Part shown: one piece after another, positions 18,308 to 28,869 of the stretch
Layout of the letters: every line of letters begins with the position of its first letter
Position numbering within the stretch: the first letter of the stretch is position 1
Assembly (NCBI GenBank): GCA_039794085.1
Contig: JBDIWC010000039.1
Coordinates: 1 to 38,732, forward strand
Reading direction: 5' to 3'
Length of the DNA: 38,732 nucleotides
Source of the DNA: Gemmatimonadales bacterium
GTDB taxonomy: Bacteria; Gemmatimonadota; Gemmatimonadetes; Gemmatimonadales; GWC2-71-9
The notes under the pieces: generated by a model
The model's input: only the letters and a program-made list of their open reading frames with translations
Databases searched by the model: none
What the model was told of the DNA's origin: nothing
Translations under genes and position numbers: made by a program

Positions 18308-19297
18308 TCAGGGTCGGGTCGACAGGTTCACACCGAGGGCCTCCGCGATGGAGTGCATCCGACGGTCAAGGGCACGGCGATAGGCACGGGCGGCACCGGT
18401 ACGCTGTGCATAGTGCCGTTCGTATCGGGGTGCCAGATCGGGGAACTCCTGCCGCAGCAGGGGAAGGAACCGGGCCCGCGCGGCCGGGCCGAGCCGAAGG
18501 GGGGCCGCCCCCACGAATACCGCGCCCGAGTCCACCGCCCGGGAAACCAGAGCCGACAGCTCGGCATGGCTGTCGGTGATGCCGGGAAGTACGGGGGCGA
18601 TGAGGAGGCCCGCCCGGAGGCCGGCGCCGGTGAGCGTGCGGAGGGTGCGGAGGCGGATGTTGGGAATGGGAGTCCGTGGTTCGAGTCGCCGGGCCAGCGG
18701 GCCATCCGCTGTGATCAGGGAGATGTTGATGGAGAGGGTGTGTCGGCCGGCCAGGCGCTCGAGGAGGTCGAGGTCTCGAAGGATGAGTGGAGACTTGGTG
18801 ATGAGCGTGAGGATGAGTCCGTGGCATTCGCTGAGTACCTCGAGGATCTGCCGGGTAAGACGGAACTCCCGTTCGGCCGGTTGCCAGGGATCGGTGGCCG
18901 ACCCGATTACCAGGGGAGTGGTGCCGATCCGGGAAGGTGTCAGGGAACGGGCCAACCGACGGGGCGCCTCATCTTTGACCAGAATGCGCCGCTCGAACGC
19001 CAGCCAGGACGGGAGGCTCCGGAGGTCAGTCGCGACCACTGGATCGAGCGCCTTCCCATCCAGGGCCCGGGTCACGGCGTGGCGATGGGTGTCGCGAGCG
19101 TAGCAGTAGGCACAACCGAACTCGCATCCCACGTAAGGGTTGAGAGTCCAGAAGGGCATTCCCGTGCTGGCCGGTGGGTTCAGGATGGTGCGCGTGGGGA
19201 TGCGAAAGTACTCGACACCCCGTCGCCCGGTGGGGGGTCCGGTGGCCCTCCACTGGGGGGAGACGCCGAGAAGAGGCAGTGAAACCTGGATTCCCAT
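18308..19297 (-). CDS. Radical SAM protein, SplB/Rv2578c/PA0069-like (DNA-repair associated)
   Basis: 'LNPYVGCEFGCAYCYAR' CxxxCxxC, 'GSATDPWQPAE', 'ITKSPLILRDLD', 'APVLPGITD'. Confidence 0.88.
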   Translation of the reverse strand: MGIQVSLPLLGVSPQWRATGPPTGRRGVEYFRIPTRTILNPPASTGMPFWTLNPYVGCEFGCAYCYARDTHRHAVTRALDGKALDPVVATDLRSLPSWLAFERRILVKDEAPRRLARSLTPSRIGTTPLVIGSATDPWQPAEREFRLTRQILEVLSECHGLILTLITKSPLILRDLDLLERLAGRHTLSINISLITADGPLARRLEPRTPIPNIRLRTLRTLTGAGLRAGLLIAPVLPGITDSHAELSALVSRAVDSGAVFVGAAPLRLGPAARARFLPLLRQEFPDLAPRYERHYAQRTGAARAYRRALDRRMHSIAEALGVNLSTRP

Positions 19298-19307
19298 GCC
19301 GGCGTCT

Positions 19308-19517
19308 CTATCCGCAGCGACTCCAGCCGCAGGTCAGGCAGCTCACGCATCCACTGGTGCGGGCGAGGGGTCCCGCGCAGTCGGGACAGACCCGCGGTGA
19401 CACCCTCGGGGGCTCCAAGGAACGGGAACTCCTTCCCCTGGTGTGGCTGTCCTCGCGGGCAGGCACAGAGCCGATCTCTCGGGTTGAGGGGGAGGAAAAG
19501 AGAGGGGGGGTGGACAT
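19308..19517 (-). CDS. Small stand-alone zinc-ribbon protein resembling the C-terminal ribbon of class II ribonucleotide reductase
   Basis: 'CPDCAGPLARTSGCVSCLTCGWSRCG'; GGAG RBS; 10 nt gap to the radical SAM gene. Confidence 0.6.
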   Translation of the reverse strand: MSTPPLFSSPSTREIGSVPAREDSHTRGRSSRSLEPPRVSPRVCPDCAGPLARTSGCVSCLTCGWSRCG

Positions 19518-19531
19518 GGGCGACTCCGGGA

Positions 19532-19579
19532 TTTTCGGCGTTTGTTCGGTATGATATCCATCGTCACGACAGATTGCAA
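19532..19579 (-). promoter_or_regulatory. sigma70 promoter overlapped by candidate SOS-like operator, copy 2
   Basis: TTGCAA(19579-19574)-N17-TATCAT(19556-19551) runs directly into ATACCGAACAAACGCCGAAAA (19552-19532). Confidence 0.7.
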
Positions 19580-19687
19580 GGGAGGCCCCCCGGGGCAGTC
19601 GGGAGTGCTATGTTGAGAGACAGGTGACCTGAACAGTCCTTCGATCTGGAGAAGCTCGTGGGCGACACCCCGTCGAATGGAGCCTTC

Positions 19688-20476
19688 ATGACCATCGCAT
19701 CCCCGACCCGGCGGAGGCTTCCTCGAGAGATGATGGTGATCCTGGGGGCGGCCTTGGCCTGCGCGGCTCCCGAGGGCTCGGCGCAGTACAGGGTCGTGCG
19801 AACCCTGCCTCACGATTCCGCGGCGTACACCCAGGGGCTTCTTCTCTCCGACGGGGTGTTCTACGAGAGCGTGGGGCAGTACGGGTTTTCCGATGTACGC
19901 CGGGTGGAGGTGGCCACGGGGACGGTCCTGGCGAGGCAACCCCTCCATGCGGACCGTTTCGGCGAAGGTCTGGCACGTCACGGTGACCGCCTGATCCAGC
20001 TCACGTGGCAACACGGGGTGGGATACGTCTACGATGTCGAGTCTCTCGCCGTGGTGGACTCCTTCACCTACGCAGGCGAGGGGTGGGGACTCACCAGCGA
20101 CGGGAGTGCGCTCATCATGAGCGACGGGACCGCCACGCTCAGGTTCCTCGACCCCGAGTCCTTTGCCGTATTGAAAGAGGTCGAGGTCACGGAGAATGGT
20201 GCGCCCCTCTCCAAGCTCAACGAGTTGGAGTATGCCGACGGGATGCTCTACGCCAACGTCTACCAGAGCAATTGGGTGGTTCGCATCGAGCCGGCCACGG
20301 GACTGGTGCAGGGGTGGATCGACCTCGATGCCCTGGTTCCCGCCGACAAGCGGGGATCCGAGGCCGATGTGATGAACGGCATCGCCTGGGATCCGGCCAC
20401 GGGGCATTTCTTTGTGACGGGAAAGCGGTGGCCCGTGGTGTACGAGGTGGAGTTTACGGCAGGGAGTAGGGAGTAG
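19688..20476 (+). CDS. Glutaminyl-peptide cyclotransferase (beta-propeller type), probable lipoprotein
   Basis: 'LPHDSAAYTQGL', 'FGEGL', 'QLTW', 'GEGWGLT', 'LNELEY', 'VMNGIAWD', 'VTGKRWP'; lipobox 'AALA-C'. Confidence 0.92.
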   Translation: MTIASPTRRRLPREMMVILGAALACAAPEGSAQYRVVRTLPHDSAAYTQGLLLSDGVFYESVGQYGFSDVRRVEVATGTVLARQPLHADRFGEGLARHGDRLIQLTWQHGVGYVYDVESLAVVDSFTYAGEGWGLTSDGSALIMSDGTATLRFLDPESFAVLKEVEVTENGAPLSKLNELEYADGMLYANVYQSNWVVRIEPATGLVQGWIDLDALVPADKRGSEADVMNGIAWDPATGHFFVTGKRWPVVYEVEFTAGSRE

Positions 20477-20645
20477 GCGGCAGGCTGTAGGCGGTAGGCG
20501 GTAGGCGATACGGGGAATCCCACTCATCCCCCAATGACCGGGAGTGACGTCAAACCCGATCGAGTACGGGTACGAGTACGTGTACGGAACGCCCCCCCTA
20601 CCCCCTATTCCCTACTCCCTACCCCCTACTCCCCATTCCCCACTT
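20460..20645. repeat. Mosaic heptamer/hexamer tandem repeats in inverted arrangement
   Basis: (GGGAGTA)2 and (GGCGGTA)n, then (GAGTAC/GGGTAC)n, then complementary (CCCTACT/CCCTATT/CCCCATT)n. Confidence 0.8.
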
Positions 20646-20697
20646 GCAATCATCCCCTCACTCCGTTTCCATAGGACGTTCTCGCGGAGGGTGTCCC

Positions 20698-22836
<2,139 letters not shown>

Positions 22837-22895
22837 TGTGTATCCGACACCGGAGGGACAACCATGACGTACCCATTTTTTCCAGGGACGCTTCC

Positions 22896-24467
22896 ATGAA
22901 CCGCACACTCCTCACGCGCGTTGCGCTGACAACTCTCGTTCTCCTCTCCGCAGTGCCGGTCGTGGCGCAGCAGTTCCCGACCGACGACCCGGTCATCAAG
23001 AGGATGTGGGACGAGGGAATGACCGACCGGAGTCAGGTGTACCGCCTGGGCCAGGTGCTCCTCGACTCGATCGGTCCCCGGCTCACCGGCTCTCCCGGCC
23101 ATGAGGCGGCGATCGGGTGGGTGCTCGGCACTCTCAACGCCTGGGGGATTCCGGCCCGGAAGGAACAGTACGGTACCTGGATGGGGTGGGACCGGGGCCA
23201 CACGCATCTCGATCTGGTGGCACCCCGGAAGCGCACTCTTGAGGGGACGATCCTCGCCTGGAGCACAGGGACGAAGGGAGCGGTGGAGGGAGACGTGGTG
23301 GTCCCGCCTCTGTTCGAATCCACGACCGACGTGACCGCGTGGCTGGGTACGGTGCGGGGGAAGTTTGTGGCCCTGACCCTGGCCGAGCCGACCTGCCGGC
23401 CCGATGAGAACTGGGAGCGGCTGGCCACGCCGGAGACCTTCGAGACGATGAAGAAGGACCGGGAAGCGGTCCGTGAGGCATGGTACATGAAGAGCTTGGC
23501 GGTCGCTGGTGGTCCCCGGCGCTTGGCGGCCGCCGCGGAGCAGGCGGGGGCGGCGGGAGTGCTGACCTCGACCTGGTCCGCCGGGTGGGGCGTCACCAAG
23601 ATCTTCAGCACCTGGACCGACCGGATTCCCACGCTCGACCTGAGCTGCGAGGACTACGGGTTGGTGTTCCGTCTGGCGCAGAACAACCAGGGTCCCCGCA
23701 TCCGGCTCGATGCCACGAGTGCCGCTCTCGGCGAGCGACCGGTGTTCAATGTGGTGGGAGAACTCCGCGGTACGACCAAGCCCGATGAATATGTTGTGCT
23801 GTCGGCTCACTTCGACAGCTGGGATGGCGCCTCCGGTGCCACCGACAACGGGACCGGAACGCTCACCATGCTGGAGGCGATGCGGATCCTCAAGGCGACA
23901 TATCCCACCCCGAAGCGGACGATCATTCTCGGGCTCTGGGGTGGGGAGGAACTGGGGCTTGTGGGGTCGGGGGCGTTCGCCACCGATCATCCCGAGGTGG
24001 TGAACGGGCTGCAGGCCGCCTTCAACCAGGACAACGGAACCTGGCGGATCGAGTACATCCGGATGATGGGATACACCGGGGCCGGCGCCCACTTCGGGCG
24101 GTGGTTCGGGGCGATTCCGCGGGAGATCACCCGGCACATCGAACTGGACATTCCCGGAGAGCCGGAACGGGGGGGAAGCGATCACATGTCGTTCATCTGC
24201 CGGGGGGCCCCGGGGTTCCGGCTGCAGTCCAACTATCCGGACTACCGGCAGTACACCTGGCACACCAACCGCGACACCTTCGACAAGATCATCTTCGCCG
24301 ACCTGCGCAACAACGCAACCCTGGCCGCGATGCTGGCGTACCAGGCGAGTGAGGACCCGGACCGGGTGCCCCGGACCCAGCGTGTGCTCCCGCCCAACGC
24401 CTTGGGTGAGCCCCAGGAGTGGCCGGGGTGCGGGCGGGTCCGGCGGAATTCGGGAGAGTCGAGGTAG
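22896..24467 (+). CDS. M28-family secreted peptidase (carboxypeptidase Q-like)
   Basis: 'IGPRLTGS', 'SAHFDSWD..GATDNGTG', 'GGEELGL', 'SDH', 'WHTNRDTFD'. Confidence 0.9.
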   Translation: MNRTLLTRVALTTLVLLSAVPVVAQQFPTDDPVIKRMWDEGMTDRSQVYRLGQVLLDSIGPRLTGSPGHEAAIGWVLGTLNAWGIPARKEQYGTWMGWDRGHTHLDLVAPRKRTLEGTILAWSTGTKGAVEGDVVVPPLFESTTDVTAWLGTVRGKFVALTLAEPTCRPDENWERLATPETFETMKKDREAVREAWYMKSLAVAGGPRRLAAAAEQAGAAGVLTSTWSAGWGVTKIFSTWTDRIPTLDLSCEDYGLVFRLAQNNQGPRIRLDATSAALGERPVFNVVGELRGTTKPDEYVVLSAHFDSWDGASGATDNGTGTLTMLEAMRILKATYPTPKRTIILGLWGGEELGLVGSGAFATDHPEVVNGLQAAFNQDNGTWRIEYIRMMGYTGAGAHFGRWFGAIPREITRHIELDIPGEPERGGSDHMSFICRGAPGFRLQSNYPDYRQYTWHTNRDTFDKIIFADLRNNATLAAMLAYQASEDPDRVPRTQRVLPPNALGEPQEWPGCGRVRRNSGESR

Positions 24468-24473
24468 TCGGGA

Positions 24474-24497
24474 GTAGGGGCGACGCATGCGTCGCCC
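24474..24497 (+). repeat. GTAG-type REP palindrome
   Basis: GTAG-GGGCGACGCA/TGCGTCGCCC perfect palindrome; relatives at 28671 and 28729. Confidence 0.75.
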
Positions 24498-24554
24498 GTG
24501 CCCCAGGTGGAAACGACAGCCGGTATGCGGCAAAGGAACTGGGCAACCGCCGGA

Positions 24555-24581
24555 GTCATCCCCCGCGAAGGCGGGGGATCT
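24555..24581. repeat. Second REP-like palindrome
   Basis: GTCATCCCCCGC-GAAG-GCGGGGGATCT hairpin. Confidence 0.6.
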
Positions 24582-24699
24582 GTGGAGGGTGCGGGTGCAC
24601 TTCAGGCCGGCTGCGCCACCGAAGGCCAAGGGTAGCGAGTACGGGTACGGTGTGGCCCAGGGATCCACGCGGGGGACGCGGTGTGGTCGGTTTGGGTTG

Positions 24700-24737
24700 T
24701 TGACAGCGTACGGATAAAATAATAATATTGTCCGTAC
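24700..24737 (+). promoter_or_regulatory. TA operon promoter with overlapping inverted-repeat operator
   Basis: TTGACA(24700)-N17-TAATAT(24723); arms GTACGGATAA (24708-24717) and TTGTCCGTAC (24728-24737), 9/10 complementary. Confidence 0.75.
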
Positions 24738-24753
24738 CCTTCGAGGAGCAGAT

Positions 24754-24978
24754 ATGACCAGGAGGACTCCACCCCCGGGCCGACCGCCGTCCCGCAAGGG
24801 GAAGGTCCGCAAGGAGTTCTGGCTCAATCCGGGACTCCTCCGGGAGGCTCAGGTGGTACTGGGGACGTCCACGGAACGGGAAACAGTCGAGGTGGCGCTC
24901 GATCTGGTGGCGTTCCGGCGGGAACTGGCTGTGGCCGCCCTGACGATTCCCGACCTGAATCTCAAACGGATCGATTGA
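24754..24978 (+). CDS. vapB: VapB-like antitoxin (ribbon-helix-helix)
   Basis: 74 aa; 'RKEFWLNPGLLREAQVVLGTSTERETVEVAL'; GAGGAG RBS; 3 nt upstream of the PIN gene. Confidence 0.75.
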   Translation: MTRRTPPPGRPPSRKGKVRKEFWLNPGLLREAQVVLGTSTERETVEVALDLVAFRRELAVAALTIPDLNLKRID

Positions 24979-24981
24979 GTC

Positions 24982-25452
24982 GTGAGGTTGCGCAAGTACG
25001 TGCTCGACACCAACTGCTTTGTCGATGCCGCGCATGATCCCGACCACTGCATGGCCTTCGCGCGTTTCTGCGAGATGGCGGCACCGATGCTCCACATGAG
25101 CACCGTCGTGGCCGCGGAACTTCAGGCGGGGATGTCCTCGGCGCGGGACCGGAAGCGACTGCACGATTCCGTCATTGCCCCGTTTGAGCGGCGCGGTCGC
25201 ATGGTCACTCCCTCCGCCACCTCGTGGAGTGCGCTGGGGCGCGTGCTCAGCACGTTGGCGGAACGGGACGGCTTGTTCCTGTCGCAGACTCCCCGCAGTT
25301 TCACCTTCGATATCCTGATCGCGCAGAGCTGCCGAGAGGTGGGTGCAGTGCTCATCTCCCGCAATATCGGGGACCTGAAGCGGATAGCCACGGTTGCGCC
25401 GTTCGATTTTGTGGCACCGTATCCGGACCTCGGCTCGCTTCACACGGCCTGA
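24982..25452 (+). CDS. vapC: PIN-domain VapC-like toxin
   Basis: 'YVLDTNCF', 'STVVAAEL', 'FDILIAQSCREVGAVLISRNIGDL'. Confidence 0.85.
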   Translation: MRLRKYVLDTNCFVDAAHDPDHCMAFARFCEMAAPMLHMSTVVAAELQAGMSSARDRKRLHDSVIAPFERRGRMVTPSATSWSALGRVLSTLAERDGLFLSQTPRSFTFDILIAQSCREVGAVLISRNIGDLKRIATVAPFDFVAPYPDLGSLHTA

Positions 25453-25593
25453 TGGTCTGGCACCATTACTCCCATTGGCTCATCCGGGTCTCGTGTGGGT
25501 GAGGGTGGGTGAGGGGAACTTCAACCCGCCATTTCCCGGGGCTCTTCGGCCTTCCTGGGGTTGGATTTCGGAGTGAGCTGAGGGGCTCCGGTG

Positions 25594-25968
25594 GCCAGGC
25601 GGGCGGGAATGGCCACAAGAGGCACAAAAGGCACAAGAAACCCGAGATCCCGCGGAGGGTGGCTCGCCCCCCATGCTGACTCTACTCGGGACCAGTCCGG
25701 GCAGAATTCACTTCACTCTGCATCATCGGTGTCATCCGCAGTTTCTTCCGGGGGGGGGGGTGGGGTGCGGCCCCGGTGCTTAGGTTGACGGTTTTGTGCC
25801 TTTTGTGTTAGGTCAAAAGGATCGACTCTGACTATTTCGAGGAACAGCTGTTCGGAAACCCCCAAGCCGATCGAGTACGGGTACGTGGACGAGTACGGGT
25901 ACGGTCCCCTACTCCCCACTCCCCACTCCCCACTTCCTACACCCGACTCCCGACTCCCGACTCCCTAT
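25594..25968. repeat. Mosaic repeat tract between the TA pair and nadA
   Basis: (CACAAGAGG/CACAAAAGG)n near 25612 with complementary TTTTGTGCCTTTTGTG near 25791, hexamers 25867-25904, heptamers (CCCCACT/CCCGACT)n 25906-25968. Confidence 0.75.
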
Positions 25969-25977
25969 ATTTCCTCC

Positions 25978-27045
25978 ATGCCGACCACCCTTCCCACCGC
26001 CGACGCCATCCACGCCGATCTCTCGGCCAAGCTCCACGATGTCGTTCCCGCCATCGAGCTCCGCTACAAGGCGGAACTCGCCGCCGAGATTTTCCAACTC
26101 AAGGCCGAGCGGAACGCGCTGATCCTGGGGCACAACTACATGGAGCCGGCCCTCTTCCATTCGGTGCCCGACCACGTGGGGGACTCGCTGGAGCTCTCCC
26201 GGATCGCGGCCCGCGCCGAGCAGGACGTGATCGTGTTCTGCGGCGTGCGGTTCATGGCGGAAACGGCCAAGATTTTGAGCCCCGACAAGCTGGTGCTGCT
26301 GCCGTCGGCGCAGGGAGGCTGTTCCCTCGCCGCGAGCATCACCGCCGCCGATGTGCGGGCCCTCAAGGCCCGCTTCCCGGGGGTGCCGGTCGTCACCTAC
26401 GTCAACACCTACGCCGACGTGAAGGCGGAAACGGACATCTGTTGCACCTCGAGCAACGCGGCCGCGGTGGTGGAATCGCTGGGCACCGATTCGGTGATCT
26501 TCCTTCCCGATGAGTACCTGGCCCGCAACGTGGCGCGGGACACAGGACGACACATCATCTTCCCCACTCTCGACGGGGACCTCGAGAATGACACCGAACT
26601 CGACGCCGTGATGGTGGGCTGGCGGGGGCGGTGCGAAGTGCATGAGCGGTTTACCGTCGAGGACATCGCCCAGGCGCGGGCTCAGTTCCCCGATGTGATG
26701 GTGCTGGCGCATCCCGAGTGCAGCCCCGAGGTGGTGGCCGCGGCGGACTTTGCCGGGAGCACCACCGCCATGATCCGCCGGGTGGAGCAGTCGGACGCGC
26801 CTCGGTACCTGATGCTCACCGAGTGTGCGATGGCCGACAATGTGGTGGCCGCCAACCCCGGAAAGGAAATGCTCCGGATCTGCAGTATCCGCTGCCCCCA
26901 CATGAATGAGATCACGCTCGAGGCCACCCGGGATGCACTCCTCCACAACCAGTATGTGATCGAGGTGCCGGAGGAGATCCGGGTCCGTGCGGCACGGGCG
27001 GTGGAGCGGATGATCGCCGTCGGACCGACCGGCAGGAGAGATTGA
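25978..27045 (+). CDS. nadA: Quinolinate synthase
   Basis: 'ILGHNYM', 'FCGVRFMAETAKIL', 'GGCSLA', 'TYVNT', 'CEVHERF', 'AHPEC', 'CPHM'. Confidence 0.96.
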   Translation: MPTTLPTADAIHADLSAKLHDVVPAIELRYKAELAAEIFQLKAERNALILGHNYMEPALFHSVPDHVGDSLELSRIAARAEQDVIVFCGVRFMAETAKILSPDKLVLLPSAQGGCSLAASITAADVRALKARFPGVPVVTYVNTYADVKAETDICCTSSNAAAVVESLGTDSVIFLPDEYLARNVARDTGRHIIFPTLDGDLENDTELDAVMVGWRGRCEVHERFTVEDIAQARAQFPDVMVLAHPECSPEVVAAADFAGSTTAMIRRVEQSDAPRYLMLTECAMADNVVAANPGKEMLRICSIRCPHMNEITLEATRDALLHNQYVIEVPEEIRVRAARAVERMIAVGPTGRRD

Positions 27046-28628
27046 TGGAGGACTCGGCGGTGGGGGATCCGCTCGAAACCGAGGTGCTCGTCATCGGGTG
27101 CGGGATGTCCGGAGGAATCACGGCTCTCGAACTGGCTGACTCAGGTGTCCCGGTGATCGTGGTGGCGCGATCCCCCAGGCCCGATGAATCCAACACCAGT
27201 CAGGCCCAGGGCGGAATCATCTACCGGGGCCGGGACGACACGCCGGAGCTCCTCGCCCGGGACATCCAGGTGGCGGGTGCCGGATACTGCCATCCCGAGG
27301 CCGTGGCCATTCTGGCGCGGGAAGGTCCTGGACGGGTCGAGGAGATGCTCCTCGGACGCCTGGGCGTGCCGCTGGATCGCACCCCGGAGGGAGAACTCGC
27401 ACTGGTTCTGGAGGGGGGGCACTCGATCCCGCGGATTGCGCATTCCGCCGATGCCACCGGTCGGGCCATCGAGCACGCTTTGCTGGAGGCGGTCCGGGCT
27501 CACCCGAACATCACCTTCCTGACGGGCTTCACCGCGATCGATCTGCTCACGCCATCCCATCACTCTCTCGACCGGCTGGCGATGTACCAGCCGCAGGCGT
27601 GCATCGGCGCCTATCTCTTCGATCAGGCCGCGGGCAGGGTGATCCGCTGCCTGGCGCGGCAGACGGTGCTTGCCACCGGCGGCCTTGGCCAGATCTATCT
27701 GGGCACCTCGAACCCGGGAGGTGCCCGGGGCGACGGAATCGCAATGGCCAACCGGGCCGGGGCCCGGGTGATCAACCTGGAGTTCGTGCAGTTTCATCCG
27801 ACCATCTTCCATCATCCCCAGGCGCCGAGCCTGCTCATCAGCGAGGCGGTCCGAGGGGCGGGGGCCCGGCTCTGCCATGCCGACGGGGTCCCGTTCATGG
27901 AGCGGCACGACCCCGACCGGCGGGATCTGGCCCCGCGAGACGTGGTGGCCCGGAGCATCTACCGGGAGATGCTGGAGCACGACGTGGACAGCGTGTTTCT
28001 CGACCTCCGGTCCTATATCCCGGAGTCCCGCATCCGCGAGGATTTTCCCAATATCCTCGAGTCATGCCTGGCCTGGGGTGTCGACATCACCCGGGACCTG
28101 GTCCCGGTGCGTCCCGGGGCGCACTATTCCTGTGGGGGGCTCTGGGTGGATTCCTGGGGCCAGACCACCATCGAGCGGCTCTACGCTGTGGGTGAGGTGG
28201 CCTGCACCGGCCTGCACGGAGCCAATCGCCTGGCGAGTTCCGGGTTGCTCGAGGGTCTGGTCTGGGGCCACCGCGTGGCGGAGCACATTGGCGGGGCGAG
28301 GGGGGGCCGGTTGCCCTGGCCGGCATCGGACATTCCGGCCTGGAAGGAGGAGGGGACCCAGCCGCCGGATCCCGCCCTCCTCCAGCAGGACCTGAGCGTG
28401 ATCCAGCACATCATGTGGCACTACGTCGGTCTGGTCCGGACGACCCGCCGCCTGGAACGGGCGCTCCGGGAACTCCGCCACCTGGAAACGGAGATCGAGC
28501 AGTTCTACCGGGTGAGTTCCCTCACCGACGGGCTCATCGGACTCCGCAACGCCGCGCGCACGGCGGTCCTGGTGGCCGCCGCGGCCTGGGAAAACCGCAC
28601 CAGCGTAGGATGCCATTATAGGGAATAG
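27045..28628 (+). CDS. nadB: L-aspartate oxidase
   Basis: 'AQGGI', 'EGGHSIPRIAH', 'EFVQFHPT', 'LISEAVRG', 'GLHGANRLAS', 'SVGCHYR'; TGATG coupling to nadA. Confidence 0.95.
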   Translation: MEDSAVGDPLETEVLVIGCGMSGGITALELADSGVPVIVVARSPRPDESNTSQAQGGIIYRGRDDTPELLARDIQVAGAGYCHPEAVAILAREGPGRVEEMLLGRLGVPLDRTPEGELALVLEGGHSIPRIAHSADATGRAIEHALLEAVRAHPNITFLTGFTAIDLLTPSHHSLDRLAMYQPQACIGAYLFDQAAGRVIRCLARQTVLATGGLGQIYLGTSNPGGARGDGIAMANRAGARVINLEFVQFHPTIFHHPQAPSLLISEAVRGAGARLCHADGVPFMERHDPDRRDLAPRDVVARSIYREMLEHDVDSVFLDLRSYIPESRIREDFPNILESCLAWGVDITRDLVPVRPGAHYSCGGLWVDSWGQTTIERLYAVGEVACTGLHGANRLASSGLLEGLVWGHRVAEHIGGARGGRLPWPASDIPAWKEEGTQPPDPALLQQDLSVIQHIMWHYVGLVRTTRRLERALRELRHLETEIEQFYRVSSLTDGLIGLRNAARTAVLVAAAAWENRTSVGCHYRE

Positions 28629-28857
28629 GCGGTAGGCGGTAGTTAGGGAATAGGGAATAGGGAGTAGGGAGTAGGGGCGACGCGCCAGCGTCGCCCGAGC
28701 CCCAGGCGGGAGCGAGATGCGATAGGCGGTAGGGGCGAATGACATTCGCCCTTCGACGGGTATTGGGTATTGGGTGTTGGGAGGATTTCGGTTATGTCCT
28801 ACGTCCTTTGTCCTTTGTCGTATGTCCTACGTCCTCTGTCCTCCGTCCTCCGTCCTG
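28619..28857. repeat. Heptamer arrays plus two GTAG-REP palindromes between convergent nadB and kinase
   Basis: (TAGGGAA/TAGGCGG/TAGGGAG)n; REPs at 28671-28696 and 28729-28751; (GGGTRTT)3; nine (YGTCSTN) units 28795-28857. Confidence 0.85.
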
Positions 28858-28869
28858 GAGCCGTAGGCG

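Noticed and set aside
25515..25575. Hairpin upstream of nadA as a possible NAD+ riboswitch
   Set aside because: About 400 nt from nadA, separated by repeats, and lacks the conserved internal-loop motif as I recall it; more likely a terminator-like hairpin after vapC. An Infernal/Rfam search would settle it
25978..28628. nadC missing from the nadAB operon; nnrE without nnrD
   Set aside because: These genes are often encoded elsewhere; cannot be judged from one window
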